Shown here in pieces: positions 39,178 through 49,151 of a stretch of 64,000 bases of DNA; position 1 is the stretch's first letter; every line of letters starts with the position of its first letter. Location of the stretch: positions 85,313-149,312 of the forward strand of contig CAYYJQ010000001.1 in NCBI GenBank assembly GCA_964472295.1, written 5' to 3'. This DNA is from an uncultured Thermodesulfobacteriota bacterium (lineage in GTDB: Bacteria; Desulfobacterota; GWC2-55-46; JADFVP01). Below the pieces are notes generated by a model that worked only from the letters and a program-made list of their open reading frames with translations, was not told the origin of the DNA and searched no databases. Both the position numbers and the translations under genes were made by a program.

Positions 39178-41811
39178 TCATGTATTTACCGCCTCGACGC
39201 GCTTCCGTCTCTTGAGATAGCGCCTTACAAAAGAAACCTCCTCCTCCCTGCTTGTTATCTTGCCGTCAAGACGCCTTGCGAGCAGGTTAGCGAGGACGCG
39301 GCCTATCTCTGGACCCTGCTTCAGCCCCATGGCCTTGAGGTCCGCGCCCCCAAGGTCCGTCGAGAGGCCGCGAAGGCGCGTAATATAGGTAGAGAGCCCC
39401 TTTCGCACCTCCTCCTCCCCTGTTCTTGACATGATGTAGAGTATCCCCTCAATGGGAAGGGGGTGCAACATGCGGTAGAGGTCGCTATTTTTCAAGGGGC
39501 ATCTCCTGGAGAGCCCCTTGAGGGTCTTTAGAAAAAGCCCCCTTGAGTTGATTGTCTCAACGGTCTTTCTTCCTGTTATGGAGAGCCTCTTCACTACTTC
39601 GTGGAGTTCGGCCTCGCCGAGGCAATCCGTTAAGACAAGAAAGAGTATGAGCCAGCCCTCGGCCCCTTCTCCTGTGTAGAGGAGGCGGTGCCAGCCTATG
39701 GCCTCCCTTGCCCTCTCAAAAAAGGCCTCGCGCGCGGAATCAAGGGTAATACCGGGATGAATGAGCGGGAGAAGGTTAAGGGCCTTAAGCCCCTTTATGG
39801 CCTTGAGTGCCGTATCCTCCTCAAGAATACTCCTGAGTTCCTCGAGTATCCGCGGCCCTGAAAGATGACTGAACACACCGAGGCTTACGGCCTTCTTTAT
39901 GAGATTGCGCGTATGAGGCTCTATGGTGAAGCCGAACTTCACGGAAAAACGTACGGCCCTGAAGGCCCGCGTGGGGTCCTCGATGAAACTCAGGTTGTGA
40001 AGGACGCGTATCTTTTTTTCCTTTATATCCCTCTGGCCGCCGAAAAAATCTATGAGCGTGCCAAAGCCCCCGGGATTTAGCCCGACGGCAAGGGTGTTTA
40101 TTATGAAGTCGCGCCTGTATATGTCGAGTTTGAGAGAAGATTGTTCCACAGTGGGAAGCGCCCCGGGGCTCTCGTAGTACTCAAGGCGCGCCGTGGCGAC
40201 GTCTATCTTGAAGCCATCTGGAAAGATAAGGACCGCTGTCCTGAACCTCTTGTGTGAGCGCACCTTGAGTTTCTTCTTGCGGGCATAGGCGCGGGCAAAG
40301 TCTATGCCGTCGCCGCCCTCGATAACGACATCCACATCAAGGTTCTCCCTTCCTAGGATAAGGTCGCGCACAAAGCCCCCAACGACATAGGCCCTGCACC
40401 CGAGACCGGCGGCAACCTCTCCAAGAGAGGCGAGTTTTTCAACAAGCCACCCAGGGAGCCTCTCACGCATGAGTTTTGTTATGACCTTGACCCTGGGCCT
40501 GTCCCCGCGTATATCCTCCTGAAGGAGCCTCAGTATGTCTGTCCTCGTTATAACCCCCCTTACCTCCTTATGGCTCACCACGGGTATGAGCCTCTGGCCG
40601 TGCCTGATGAACATCTCGCGTATATCGTCCACAGGGGTATCTGGCTCCACGCACTCGACATCAATGGTCATAAAGTCGCTGACAGGCGAGCCCCCGAGTC
40701 CATGGTACATGGCCTTGTCTATGGTCTGCCTCGTAATGACGCCCCTTAAGAGGCCGCGCTCCAGGACAGGGATGGCGTTAATGTTGTACCTGCCAAGTAT
40801 GGCGGCCACGTTGGTCATGGGAGAGGCGCTCTCAACTGTAATGGCCGGAAAACTCATTATCTCCGAGGCCCTCTTAATGGAGGCTATGCCCTTTTTCATG
40901 GCATCGAGGAGAAGGTCCCTTGCCTCTGTAAGGGTAAGGTCCTTGAGCGTTGCCGATGCCGCATGGGCATGACCGCCCCCGCCGATTTCCTTCAATACGC
41001 GCCCCACATCCACGCCCCTGCCCCTGCTTCTTGCGACTACATGAATCCGCTCGCCCGAGTCCACGAGCATGAAGAGTGTATCCATGCTCCCTATGTCCAT
41101 CATCTTGTGCGCGAGAATGGATATATCCCCCGTGTGCCGGGTAAAGACGCCCTGGGCCATGACCAGGTCATGGCCCCCATAAGTGAGGGTGGTGGAACTC
41201 TTCAGGAGTTCATTGAGGAAGGAGACCTCCTCGGGCGTAAGTTCCCTCTTGAGCATATCAGAGACAAGGGAGAGGTCCGCCCCCTTTGAGAGAAGAAAGG
41301 CCGCGGCCTCCAAATCGGCAACAGTGGTGGAGGGATACAGGAGGTTACCTGTGTCCTCGTATATGCCGGCCATGAAGAGGGTGGCCTCCTTGGCGCTAAT
41401 GGCGAGCCCCTTTTCACGCAGGACCTCAACGAGGACCGTTGTTGTGGCGCCATATGGCCTTAACATCTCAAGGCTGCCACGAAGCCCGCCCTTTGATTCA
41501 GGGTGGTGGTCATAGATGTGAATATCAACGCCCGTACGCCCCGTAAAAGGGCCAAGGGCGCCTATCCGCGACGGGCTCCTTACATCCACGAGCACGATGC
41601 GGGTAATGAGTGCGGTATCAATGTCTTTAATCTTCTGAAATGTATAGGAAGGGTCCAGGGAGAGGACTCCAGCCTTTGAGAGGGCGAGACGGGCCGTCTT
41701 CTCAAGGGATCCTGGAAGCACGAGCGCGGCCCCTGGATAGAGTTTTTTCGCGGCCACCATTGAGGCGAGGGCATCAAAATCAGTGTTGCTATGGGCGGTA
41801 ATAACTTCCAT
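39178..41811 (-). CDS. DHH-DHHA1-CBS-fused tRNA nucleotidyltransferase (probably A-adding)
   Basis: H.N.DFDA, YDHH, GGGGH..AAS, two CBS domains, VGGFVRD..DVDVV, RRDF..N, EDPTR. Confidence 0.92.
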   Translation of the reverse strand: MEVITAHSNTDFDALASMVAAKKLYPGAALVLPGSLEKTARLALSKAGVLSLDPSYTFQKIKDIDTALITRIVLVDVRSPSRIGALGPFTGRTGVDIHIYDHHPESKGGLRGSLEMLRPYGATTTVLVEVLREKGLAISAKEATLFMAGIYEDTGNLLYPSTTVADLEAAAFLLSKGADLSLVSDMLKRELTPEEVSFLNELLKSSTTLTYGGHDLVMAQGVFTRHTGDISILAHKMMDIGSMDTLFMLVDSGERIHVVARSRGRGVDVGRVLKEIGGGGHAHAASATLKDLTLTEARDLLLDAMKKGIASIKRASEIMSFPAITVESASPMTNVAAILGRYNINAIPVLERGLLRGVITRQTIDKAMYHGLGGSPVSDFMTIDVECVEPDTPVDDIREMFIRHGQRLIPVVSHKEVRGVITRTDILRLLQEDIRGDRPRVKVITKLMRERLPGWLVEKLASLGEVAAGLGCRAYVVGGFVRDLILGRENLDVDVVIEGGDGIDFARAYARKKKLKVRSHKRFRTAVLIFPDGFKIDVATARLEYYESPGALPTVEQSSLKLDIYRRDFIINTLAVGLNPGGFGTLIDFFGGQRDIKEKKIRVLHNLSFIEDPTRAFRAVRFSVKFGFTIEPHTRNLIKKAVSLGVFSHLSGPRILEELRSILEEDTALKAIKGLKALNLLPLIHPGITLDSAREAFFERAREAIGWHRLLYTGEGAEGWLILFLVLTDCLGEAELHEVVKRLSITGRKTVETINSRGLFLKTLKGLSRRCPLKNSDLYRMLHPLPIEGILYIMSRTGEEEVRKGLSTYITRLRGLSTDLGGADLKAMGLKQGPEIGRVLANLLARRLDGKITSREEEVSFVRRYLKRRKRVEAVNT

Positions 41812-42185
41812 GAACCTATATTAGCACACTTGGCCCCATGGTTACAGGGGACCTGGTGGACGCGGGCCATATAGCGGAAAATTAAGATGATAGATATGAA
41901 AGAGCGGGACAAGAGGCCTCGGACCTGATGATTCCTGACCACTTGCCCATGGAGGAGGTAAAGATGAAAACAACGAGTATGAAGCGCCCCTTGCCAGCCA
42001 CCCGCGGGAGGAGGCCCCTTTCAGATGCTCCGGGGCAAGGCCCCTAAAGGGCGGGACAAATCAAGTGGAGTACAATCGCAACAGAAATACTCAGACTTCA
42101 ACTGGCCAGGCTCCTCTGACTCTACGTTGCGACGCGGCACGCTGCTTGCCATTGTCGTATTAGTAAGGCCCATTCCATGGCCGGA

Positions 42186-43106
42186 TTAAAAGAGGAACTT
42201 TCTCTTTTTCTTCTTCTTATTCTTCTCTTTTTTCTTCTTTTCTTCTTCCAGTTTTTTCAGCCGCTCTTTTTCGGCCTTTTCCTTCTTCACATCCTCACCG
42301 GTAATCCAGTCCGGTACTTTTACCTCCTGTGAGTGGCAACGATAGCAATCCTCAAGGGGGAAGGCCACCTTTCCGTGGCAGGCCCCGCAGTACTCCCCTT
42401 TTATTATCTTCATCATATCCATGCCCAGGTTGCCGCCCTTTTTGGGCTTAAAGCGTCCGGGGTGGCAGGACTTGCAGTCAAGGACCTCGGTATGGGACTT
42501 ATGGGGGAAGAGCACATCTGGCGGGCCCGGTGCAAAGCGCGAGGATGGTATGACAATGTCTTTATCAAGGGCCTTGAGTTTACCTGTACCGTCAACGGAT
42601 GCCACTGGTTTTATCTTTTTATCATGGAGCGCCCTGACCCAGTTTATTTTGTTCCCAAAATCATCTGGGGGCATATCCTTCATTGCGAACTCGAACCTGG
42701 AGTTCTCAGGGACTTCCTTGCCGTAGGAATGACAGCGCAGGCACTTGTCGGCGCCAAAGACGTCCTCGCCGTTGTGACAGGCCCCGCACTTCTTCCCGGT
42801 CTCTATGTCGGCCTGTGTGACAGTGGTCTGGCCGGCCTTCCAGGCAAAGCCAAGGTCTGTGTGGCAGACATTGCATGTATAATACCTTCTGTGCGTCCAG
42901 TGCGTAAAGACCACCGGTGCGACCCCGGCGTCCGCGGCCGTATTGTTCTTCATTACAATGGAGCCGTACCATGAAGGCGGGGCCACCTTGTGATACCCCT
43001 TGCCCGGGGGTGTCCTTACTCCCTGGGCTACCGCAGGCCTCTTCGGCATTACTGCGAAGAAGGCAAAAACAAGGACCAATATGATAAACAAACGCAGGGA
43101 CTTCAC
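42186..43106 (-). CDS. Hexaheme cytochrome with two c7-type triheme domains
   Basis: Signal peptide; F.H..H + CNVCH/CGACH/CLRCH and F.H..H + CKSCH/CGACH/CYRCH; Lys-rich tail. Confidence 0.9.
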   Translation of the reverse strand: MKSLRLFIILVLVFAFFAVMPKRPAVAQGVRTPPGKGYHKVAPPSWYGSIVMKNNTAADAGVAPVVFTHWTHRRYYTCNVCHTDLGFAWKAGQTTVTQADIETGKKCGACHNGEDVFGADKCLRCHSYGKEVPENSRFEFAMKDMPPDDFGNKINWVRALHDKKIKPVASVDGTGKLKALDKDIVIPSSRFAPGPPDVLFPHKSHTEVLDCKSCHPGRFKPKKGGNLGMDMMKIIKGEYCGACHGKVAFPLEDCYRCHSQEVKVPDWITGEDVKKEKAEKERLKKLEEEKKKKEKNKKKKKRKFLF

Positions 43107-43137
43107 TCTGAAAAGACCTCCAGTAGAGATGATTTTA

Positions 43138-43551
43138 TCAGTACCCCCTGTGACATGCCGAGCAGAGTTTCAGATAATCCGTCCTCAACATGTTGGGGTA
43201 GCCTGAGCGGTTATGATTGTCATGACAGGTATAACACACCATCTTGCCGTCAAGGCTTAATGGCATGAGCCTTGTTATGTTTATCCCCGGACGCTTGCCT
43301 ATGGGGTGCTTTGCCACGGGGTGATTGCCAAGGTAACCCTCATGACACCTTGTGCATATTGTAACAGTATCGAACTTGAGGTCAGGCACGGCGCTTTTGT
43401 GACAGGATGCGCAGGCCTCCTTGTCTGAATAATCATGGGGGTTTTTCCCTCCTTTGGCCCAGGCCCTTCCCGAGACAAAGGGTCCTGCCGAAAGAGTAAA
43501 GGCAAGGACCATAATAAACGCGACGCCGTATGAGTTTAGCCTCATGAACAT
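43138..43551 (-). CDS. Small tetraheme cytochrome c
   Basis: Signal peptide, NPH, CASCH, CTRCH, CYTCH..H, CSACH; start moved to ATG 43551 (RBS present). Confidence 0.9.
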   Translation of the reverse strand: MFMRLNSYGVAFIMVLAFTLSAGPFVSGRAWAKGGKNPHDYSDKEACASCHKSAVPDLKFDTVTICTRCHEGYLGNHPVAKHPIGKRPGINITRLMPLSLDGKMVCYTCHDNHNRSGYPNMLRTDYLKLCSACHRGY

Positions 43552-43661
43552 GGAAAAGCCCCCCTTAGCCGACGCCACGCCCGGCCCCCTTAAGCGGTCA
43601 AGCGTCGCGGTCCTAACGCAAGTCCTATTCAAGGTAGTATGAAAAATCAGCCCATCTTTGA

Positions 43662-45896
43662 TTAATTGGAGCAGTCGGCAACGGTGTTGCAACTATATGT
43701 TGCCGTGACACCGCTCAATATATTGGTAAAGTTATGCTTGCAGACCCTGTCTGTAAGCGTATTTACTGTCCTGAAGTAGAGCTGCGCCCCTGTAGTCGTT
43801 GTCGCGGGCACATAGGACTCGATACAGGCCCCGTTCATGAGCCTGAACCCAAGGGGGCTCGAACCAGGCACAGAGCCCGCCGGTGCGTCGCTACCGTGAA
43901 TCCCCTTCATCATATTGTTGACCGTATCGTAGCTTCCGCCATGGCAGGTAAGGCAGAGGTTGCCAAATCGGTTGCTGTCATTACCAAGACCGACTCCAGT
44001 CTGATAAAAAGGCGAGTTAACGCCAAGACCATCCACGGGGTGCGGGACCCTTGAGAAGTTGGCGTTGGGGCCCACGTAGCCCTCGTCACCGTAGACATCG
44101 CGCCTGTGGCAATTATAGCAGAAGTTCTGGATAGAGCCCACGCCCCGCTCGTTGTTCCTGAGGACCCACTTGTTGTTGGAGGCATGAGGCCCCTGAGGGT
44201 CAGAGGCCGAGTCCGGGCCGTGACAATCCGTACAGGTCATGGTGGACTCATGGGTTACGTTGAAAAACCCTGTCCTGGTTCCTACTCCGGAAAAGTCTAT
44301 GTAGGTGAAGGTATTTGTCAGCCCCAGTCCATTGGCCGGCCAGTTGGGGTTGGCCGTTGGCAGGGGCCTGTTCTTTCCCAAGCCGAATACAGGGTGAAAG
44401 CCCTCGTTATTGATATTAAAGTCTTCCGTGGGGTCTGACTCGCGCACAATACTTCCGTCGGCATTGCCCGATGGAACGTCTGGAGGCATGATACCATAGG
44501 CGTAATAGGAATGACACTTAAGGCAGAGATAGCCCTCGAGATTATCACCGCCCGGCGTGGTAGAGGTAAAATCAACTACCTGGTAGATGAGGGCCGGACC
44601 GGATAGCGGCCACGTTGTTGGCTTAACTCCCCATGAACCAAGGAGATTGGGGGCTATGATATTGCCGTTAAGGCCTCCTATGGTGTGGTTGCCGGCCTCG
44701 GCCCCATGAGGGTTGTGGCAATCCACGCACTCGGCGTGTCTGTTGGTTCCGAGGTTTGTCGCGGTCTCGCGTACAGGATCGCCAGAGAAGCCCCTTGAAG
44801 GTATATGGGCCCCGCTTACACCCTTTACATCATGCTTTGAGAGCCTTATGAACATGGAGTCAATATCTTTTGAGGCTACGTTACCGTTGTGGCAGTTAAG
44901 ACACGTCCATTCCTCGTCCTCAATGAGGCCGCTAAGGGGGTTCGTGCCCTTCAAGAGGCTTTTTCCGGCCATGCCTCCGTGGCCGCGGTGACAGGCAAGA
45001 CAGCTCTGTATCTGTGGCGTGTCATCTGTAAAGCCCGCGCTGCCCATGTCAAGGTGATAGGGGTTCTCGCCGGACTGGTTCCATGTGGCCACGGAATCCC
45101 TGTGAACAGAGGGGTTGGTGTTCCAGTACCTCTTGTCATGACAGGCCTCGCAGAGGACGCCGTTCTCAAGGCTCGTCACCATGAAGGACGGGTATATGGT
45201 ACCGTGCGGGTCGTGACAGCTCGTGCACTGGACCATGTTGTTCTTGTCGAGTTTTACCTCGGCGGGAAGCGACGTTGATGGTTTAATCTCCACGTTTGCC
45301 GGATAGGAGAGGGCGTAGTCAAAAGAAAGGGGGTGGTCATCCCGGAGGTCCGTGCCTATGAAGGCCGTAGATGCGGAGGTAAGCTTTCCGGCTGTCACGC
45401 CAGGGCCCGTAACAGGCAACGTGGTAGGCCCTGTTACTCCTGTCAGGTTCAGAATAGAGCCTATGGCAATGGTTCCGTCATGACAGGAAAGACAGAGCTT
45501 CGACGACCCCGTGGGCTGTCCCATGGTGGCCACCACTGTATCGCTCTGATATATGTTGTATGTCGCCCCGGAGTCGGCCCTGTTCCATAGTGGCCCGGAG
45601 GGGTTGGCGTTATGAGGCGCGTGACAGAAGACACAGATCTTTGTCGTGGTTACGGTCTTCACGGCAGCAGATGAGAATACGCTGAAGTTGTGTTTTGTCG
45701 CGGCCACAGTGGCAAGGGCTCTTGGCGCCCCAAGGCCCAATAATGAGAGAGCGAAGACCAGGAGAACCGCAGACCTGACCATAACACGCGCCCTTGAACG
45801 CGCCCCCTTGAATCCCAAAGCAGGCAACACGCAGAGAAGGGGTGCCACTTTTGCCCGGCTTTTCATGAAATCGCTCACTCTCAAGTCAACCTCCAA
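43662..45896 (-). CDS. Secreted 11-heme cytochrome c with an OmcE-like N-terminal tetraheme module
   Basis: 11 CxxCH motifs; signal peptide ending in ALA (true start may be ATG 45866 or 45782); T/S/N/G-rich. Confidence 0.9.
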   Translation of the reverse strand: MEVDLRVSDFMKSRAKVAPLLCVLPALGFKGARSRARVMVRSAVLLVFALSLLGLGAPRALATVAATKHNFSVFSSAAVKTVTTTKICVFCHAPHNANPSGPLWNRADSGATYNIYQSDTVVATMGQPTGSSKLCLSCHDGTIAIGSILNLTGVTGPTTLPVTGPGVTAGKLTSASTAFIGTDLRDDHPLSFDYALSYPANVEIKPSTSLPAEVKLDKNNMVQCTSCHDPHGTIYPSFMVTSLENGVLCEACHDKRYWNTNPSVHRDSVATWNQSGENPYHLDMGSAGFTDDTPQIQSCLACHRGHGGMAGKSLLKGTNPLSGLIEDEEWTCLNCHNGNVASKDIDSMFIRLSKHDVKGVSGAHIPSRGFSGDPVRETATNLGTNRHAECVDCHNPHGAEAGNHTIGGLNGNIIAPNLLGSWGVKPTTWPLSGPALIYQVVDFTSTTPGGDNLEGYLCLKCHSYYAYGIMPPDVPSGNADGSIVRESDPTEDFNINNEGFHPVFGLGKNRPLPTANPNWPANGLGLTNTFTYIDFSGVGTRTGFFNVTHESTMTCTDCHGPDSASDPQGPHASNNKWVLRNNERGVGSIQNFCYNCHRRDVYGDEGYVGPNANFSRVPHPVDGLGVNSPFYQTGVGLGNDSNRFGNLCLTCHGGSYDTVNNMMKGIHGSDAPAGSVPGSSPLGFRLMNGACIESYVPATTTTGAQLYFRTVNTLTDRVCKHNFTNILSGVTATYSCNTVADCSN

Positions 45897-45975
45897 TCAA
45901 GGACCGCCTGCCGCCTGCCTGATAAAAAGGCCGGGGCCCTTTACAAGCCTCCTGCCCACTGCCTGGCTAAAGGTT

Positions 45976-46132
45976 CCGGGGCTGTTTCATGCCCACCGCA
46001 CCCTGCTTTCATAATAGTACCGGGGCAACTTCATGCCCCCTGCACCCTGCTTTCACAATGGTGCCGGGGCTGTTTCATACCCACCGCGCCCTGCTTTCAC
46101 AATGGTGCCGGGACAACTTCATGCCCCCTGCC
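45976..46132. repeat. 44-bp tandem repeat, 3.6 units in ABAB order
   Basis: CCGGG starts at 45976, 46020, 46064 and 46108; units alternate GCTGTTTCAT and RCAACTTCAT. Confidence 0.9.
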
Positions 46133-46144
46133 ACTTACGAGGGT

Positions 46145-47281
46145 CTAACCATGCTGACGGGCATCACCTGTGCCGCCGCCAAGATACTCGAAGACCTCTA
46201 TCCTCCTGTTATAGGGGTCGGCCACGTAAATATTGTCAGCCCTGTCTATGAAGACTCCGCCGGGCATCCAGAACATTCCTGGCCCAGCGCCGAGTTTGCC
46301 GAAGTTAAGGAGGAAGGCGCCCTTTCTCGAAAAAATCTGAACAGTATCGAATATTGCGTCGGCCACATATATATTGCCCTCAGAGTCCACTGCCACACCC
46401 TTTGGCCTTCCGAAGTCTCCGCTTCCGTCACCGTGCTGGCCGAAACTCGTCTCATATCTGCCGTTCATGTCAAATATCTGCACCCTGTAGTTCATGGAGT
46501 CAGTGACGTATATATCTCCCCTTCCGTCCACGAAGATGTCTGTCGGGTAGTTGAACTGCCCGGGGTTAGAGCCTATGCCCCCGAAGGTCTTTATGAGCTC
46601 ACCGTCAAGGTTGAATATCATCACCTTGTGCTCGCCTGTATCAACGACATAAAGCCGTTTTCTCGGAACATCAAGGGCGATGCCCGTGGGCCGGGCGCCG
46701 CCATCAAGGGAACGTATCAACCGGCCCTTGGGATTGAAAATATAGATCTTCCTCGCCGTGGAATCGCTTACGTATATATTATTCTTACTATCCGTGGCCA
46801 CGCCTATGGGAGAAGAGAGGGAGTCCTTGCCCGCCCGGTCTATATAGGTGTACTTCTTTTTCTTCCTGTCGTAGATGTGAACCCGCTTGTAAGCGGTGTC
46901 GGCCACGATAATCCTGCCCATGGTGTCGACAGTTATGCCGTAGGGCTTTACCATGGACCTCTTGTCCCCGCCAAGGAGGACATCCACGAGCTTTTTGAAG
47001 AGACCTTTTTTTATTCCAACATCTTCGGGCCTTGCCAGCGAGAGGTCATAGGACACACGCGCCGGGGCAGGTGGTGATGGCCAGATAAGCGGCTTGTGCT
47101 TAAAGTCCTTAGACTGCTGGGAGGTGACATCAGGTGAGCCGCAGCCAAGGGCCGCGAAGAGGAAGACAAAGAGGAGGAGACCAAGGCAAAAGATGCCCCT
47201 TGCCCTGCCCTGCTCCTTACCAGGCAGGCGGCCATGTACTTCACAAGTGTCCCTGGTCATTATCTTGAAGGTCATAGCCAC
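46145..47281 (-). CDS. NHL-repeat beta-propeller lipoprotein
   Basis: Lipobox ALGC, WPSPP..AR, repeated P.G/D-I.VD..G.IYV.D..N.R.Q.F. Confidence 0.92.
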   Translation of the reverse strand: MAMTFKIMTRDTCEVHGRLPGKEQGRARGIFCLGLLLFVFLFAALGCGSPDVTSQQSKDFKHKPLIWPSPPAPARVSYDLSLARPEDVGIKKGLFKKLVDVLLGGDKRSMVKPYGITVDTMGRIIVADTAYKRVHIYDRKKKKYTYIDRAGKDSLSSPIGVATDSKNNIYVSDSTARKIYIFNPKGRLIRSLDGGARPTGIALDVPRKRLYVVDTGEHKVMIFNLDGELIKTFGGIGSNPGQFNYPTDIFVDGRGDIYVTDSMNYRVQIFDMNGRYETSFGQHGDGSGDFGRPKGVAVDSEGNIYVADAIFDTVQIFSRKGAFLLNFGKLGAGPGMFWMPGGVFIDRADNIYVADPYNRRIEVFEYLGGGTGDARQHG

Positions 47282-47300
47282 ACCATATCAATATCCGGGT

Positions 47301-47936
47301 CTATTTTCTGTGACAATACTGACAAATATCGAGCCCCTCGCTCCTCAAGAGGACCTCCTGGTCCGCCCCCCAGTTCGCCCTGCCATAGAGGAGCCCCCTC
47401 TCGTGGGGGTTGTGGCACGTCGCGCAAAAAATTTTCTTGGTCGCCGGGTCAAGCGGTATGAGGACAGGGACCTCTTTTTTCTCGAGCCTCATGTTAAGAT
47501 AAAGCCTTCTGGAGAGTGTGGTCAGGTGGCTTGGGGCCACAAAACCGCTCATCCGCGGCCCTACTCCCTCGACGCCAGGGTGTTTCTTTACCACATGGCA
47601 TATGTAGCAATTCTTGTTTATGTCTTTTTTGAAGCGGAGTTCCCAGTTCACGGGTGATTTGAGATTCTCTGTATCAGGCATCTTCTTGTGGCAGATAAGG
47701 CACTTTGACCAGAGTATCTCGCCCTCGTCGTTAATCTGCTCATGGGGATTCATGATGGATTTGCGCACGGCAAACCTGTCATAGGAGAGTTTTGGAGGGG
47801 CCTTTTTTTCCTTGGCATGAAGCGGTACGGCGCCCGCGAAAAAAAATAGAGAGAGGACGGCGAGACCCTTTAGCAACGCAAAGCGCGATTCTCGTATCAT
47901 AATGACTCTATCCTTGATCATGGACGCGGTCATCAA
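47301..47936 (-). CDS. Tetraheme cytochrome c
   Basis: Signal peptide, NPH, CLICH, CYICH, CATCHNPH, CQYCH. Confidence 0.9.
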   Translation of the reverse strand: MMTASMIKDRVIMIRESRFALLKGLAVLSLFFFAGAVPLHAKEKKAPPKLSYDRFAVRKSIMNPHEQINDEGEILWSKCLICHKKMPDTENLKSPVNWELRFKKDINKNCYICHVVKKHPGVEGVGPRMSGFVAPSHLTTLSRRLYLNMRLEKKEVPVLIPLDPATKKIFCATCHNPHERGLLYGRANWGADQEVLLRSEGLDICQYCHRK

Positions 47937-47993
47937 TGGACCGTTGCCCGTAATAAATCTTTACACAAGATGAGGTTAAGAGACGATTAGAGG

Positions 47994-49145
47994 TCAGCGC
48001 CCAAAGGCGTAGACATAACCGTCCTTTGAGCCCACAAAGAGCCTGCCTCCTGATATGGCCGGCGACGAGTGTATGCCCCCGCCGGTGGCATAACTCCAGC
48101 TTACCTCGCCAAGGATAATATCTATGGCGTAGAGGCGTCCATCCTCAGAGCCCACGAAGAGAAAGCCATTGGATGTTACGGCAGGGGTTGAATTAAGAGG
48201 CGCGGGGAGTTTGTAATCAGCCAGTTCCCTTCCACGCTGCATGCCATAGGCCTTTATATGGCCGTCCGTGAATGCCACGTAGATCTTCTTGCCCGCCACC
48301 ACGGGAGAGGCATAGGCAAGGGCCGCACCCGTCTTTTTCCTGAGGACGATCTTTCCGCTCTTTACATCAAAGCCCTGAAGCATCCTGCTTCCAAGGACAA
48401 TATAAACCCTGCCGTCTTTTATAGTAGGACTCGAGTATATTGCCGAAAATGAGATAAATCCCCAGTTCCTGCCTCCGCTCTTTCCTGCCTGCGAGTAGAC
48501 AAGACCATTCTTCCCGGCAAAAATTACGTTGCCGTCATAATAGACTGGAGAAGAGTATATGCCGCTGTACCTGTCATTGGCGAACATCTTCATTCGCCAC
48601 TCCCTCTTGCCAGTACTGGCGTTAAGGGCGTAGATGTGAAGGTCCGAGGAGCCGAAGAAGACCCTGCCGTCGCCGACTACGGGAGACGTCAGGATGGGCC
48701 CTTCTGTGGTAAAACTCCAGAGGAGTTTACCGTCAGAGGCCTTGAGGCAGTAGAACTTTCCGTCCTTTGAGCCAAAGTATACCCTGCCGTCGGCAACGGC
48801 CGGGATAGAGAGTATCTCGCCGCCAGTGGCAAAGCTCCAGAGTTTCTTTCCACTGGCCTCGTCAAGGGCGTAGAGTTTCTTGTCATAAGAGGCGACGAAG
48901 ACCACACCTCCCGATACCACGGGTGAGGAGTAGACCGGGCCATTGGTCTTGAACCTCCAGAGGACCTTTAGCGGCGGCCTCGGGGCCCTGGCGGCAAAGG
49001 AGGTATGCGAGCGGTCCTTCATGAACATGGGCCAATCGGCAAGAACCCCTGCCGGGAAAAGGGCGAGGAGAAATGAGCAGGCGATAAGGGATGAAAGGAA
49101 CTTGGTTATATAAGCGACGCGGACTCTCGTTGATCTCTGTCTCAT
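47994..49145 (-). CDS. PQQ-like (BamB-type) beta-propeller secreted protein
   Basis: Signal peptide, DWPMF, repeated W.F.T.G.I.SSP.V..G.V..GS.D..LYAL. Confidence 0.9.
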   Translation of the reverse strand: MRQRSTRVRVAYITKFLSSLIACSFLLALFPAGVLADWPMFMKDRSHTSFAARAPRPPLKVLWRFKTNGPVYSSPVVSGGVVFVASYDKKLYALDEASGKKLWSFATGGEILSIPAVADGRVYFGSKDGKFYCLKASDGKLLWSFTTEGPILTSPVVGDGRVFFGSSDLHIYALNASTGKREWRMKMFANDRYSGIYSSPVYYDGNVIFAGKNGLVYSQAGKSGGRNWGFISFSAIYSSPTIKDGRVYIVLGSRMLQGFDVKSGKIVLRKKTGAALAYASPVVAGKKIYVAFTDGHIKAYGMQRGRELADYKLPAPLNSTPAVTSNGFLFVGSEDGRLYAIDIILGEVSWSYATGGGIHSSPAISGGRLFVGSKDGYVYAFGR

Positions 49146-49151
49146 AAAGTA

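Noticed and set aside
45976-46132. 44-bp repeats (and the 39-bp and 61-bp repeats) as CRISPR arrays
   Set aside because: There are no unique spacers, the units are similar along their whole length, and there are no cas genes in the window
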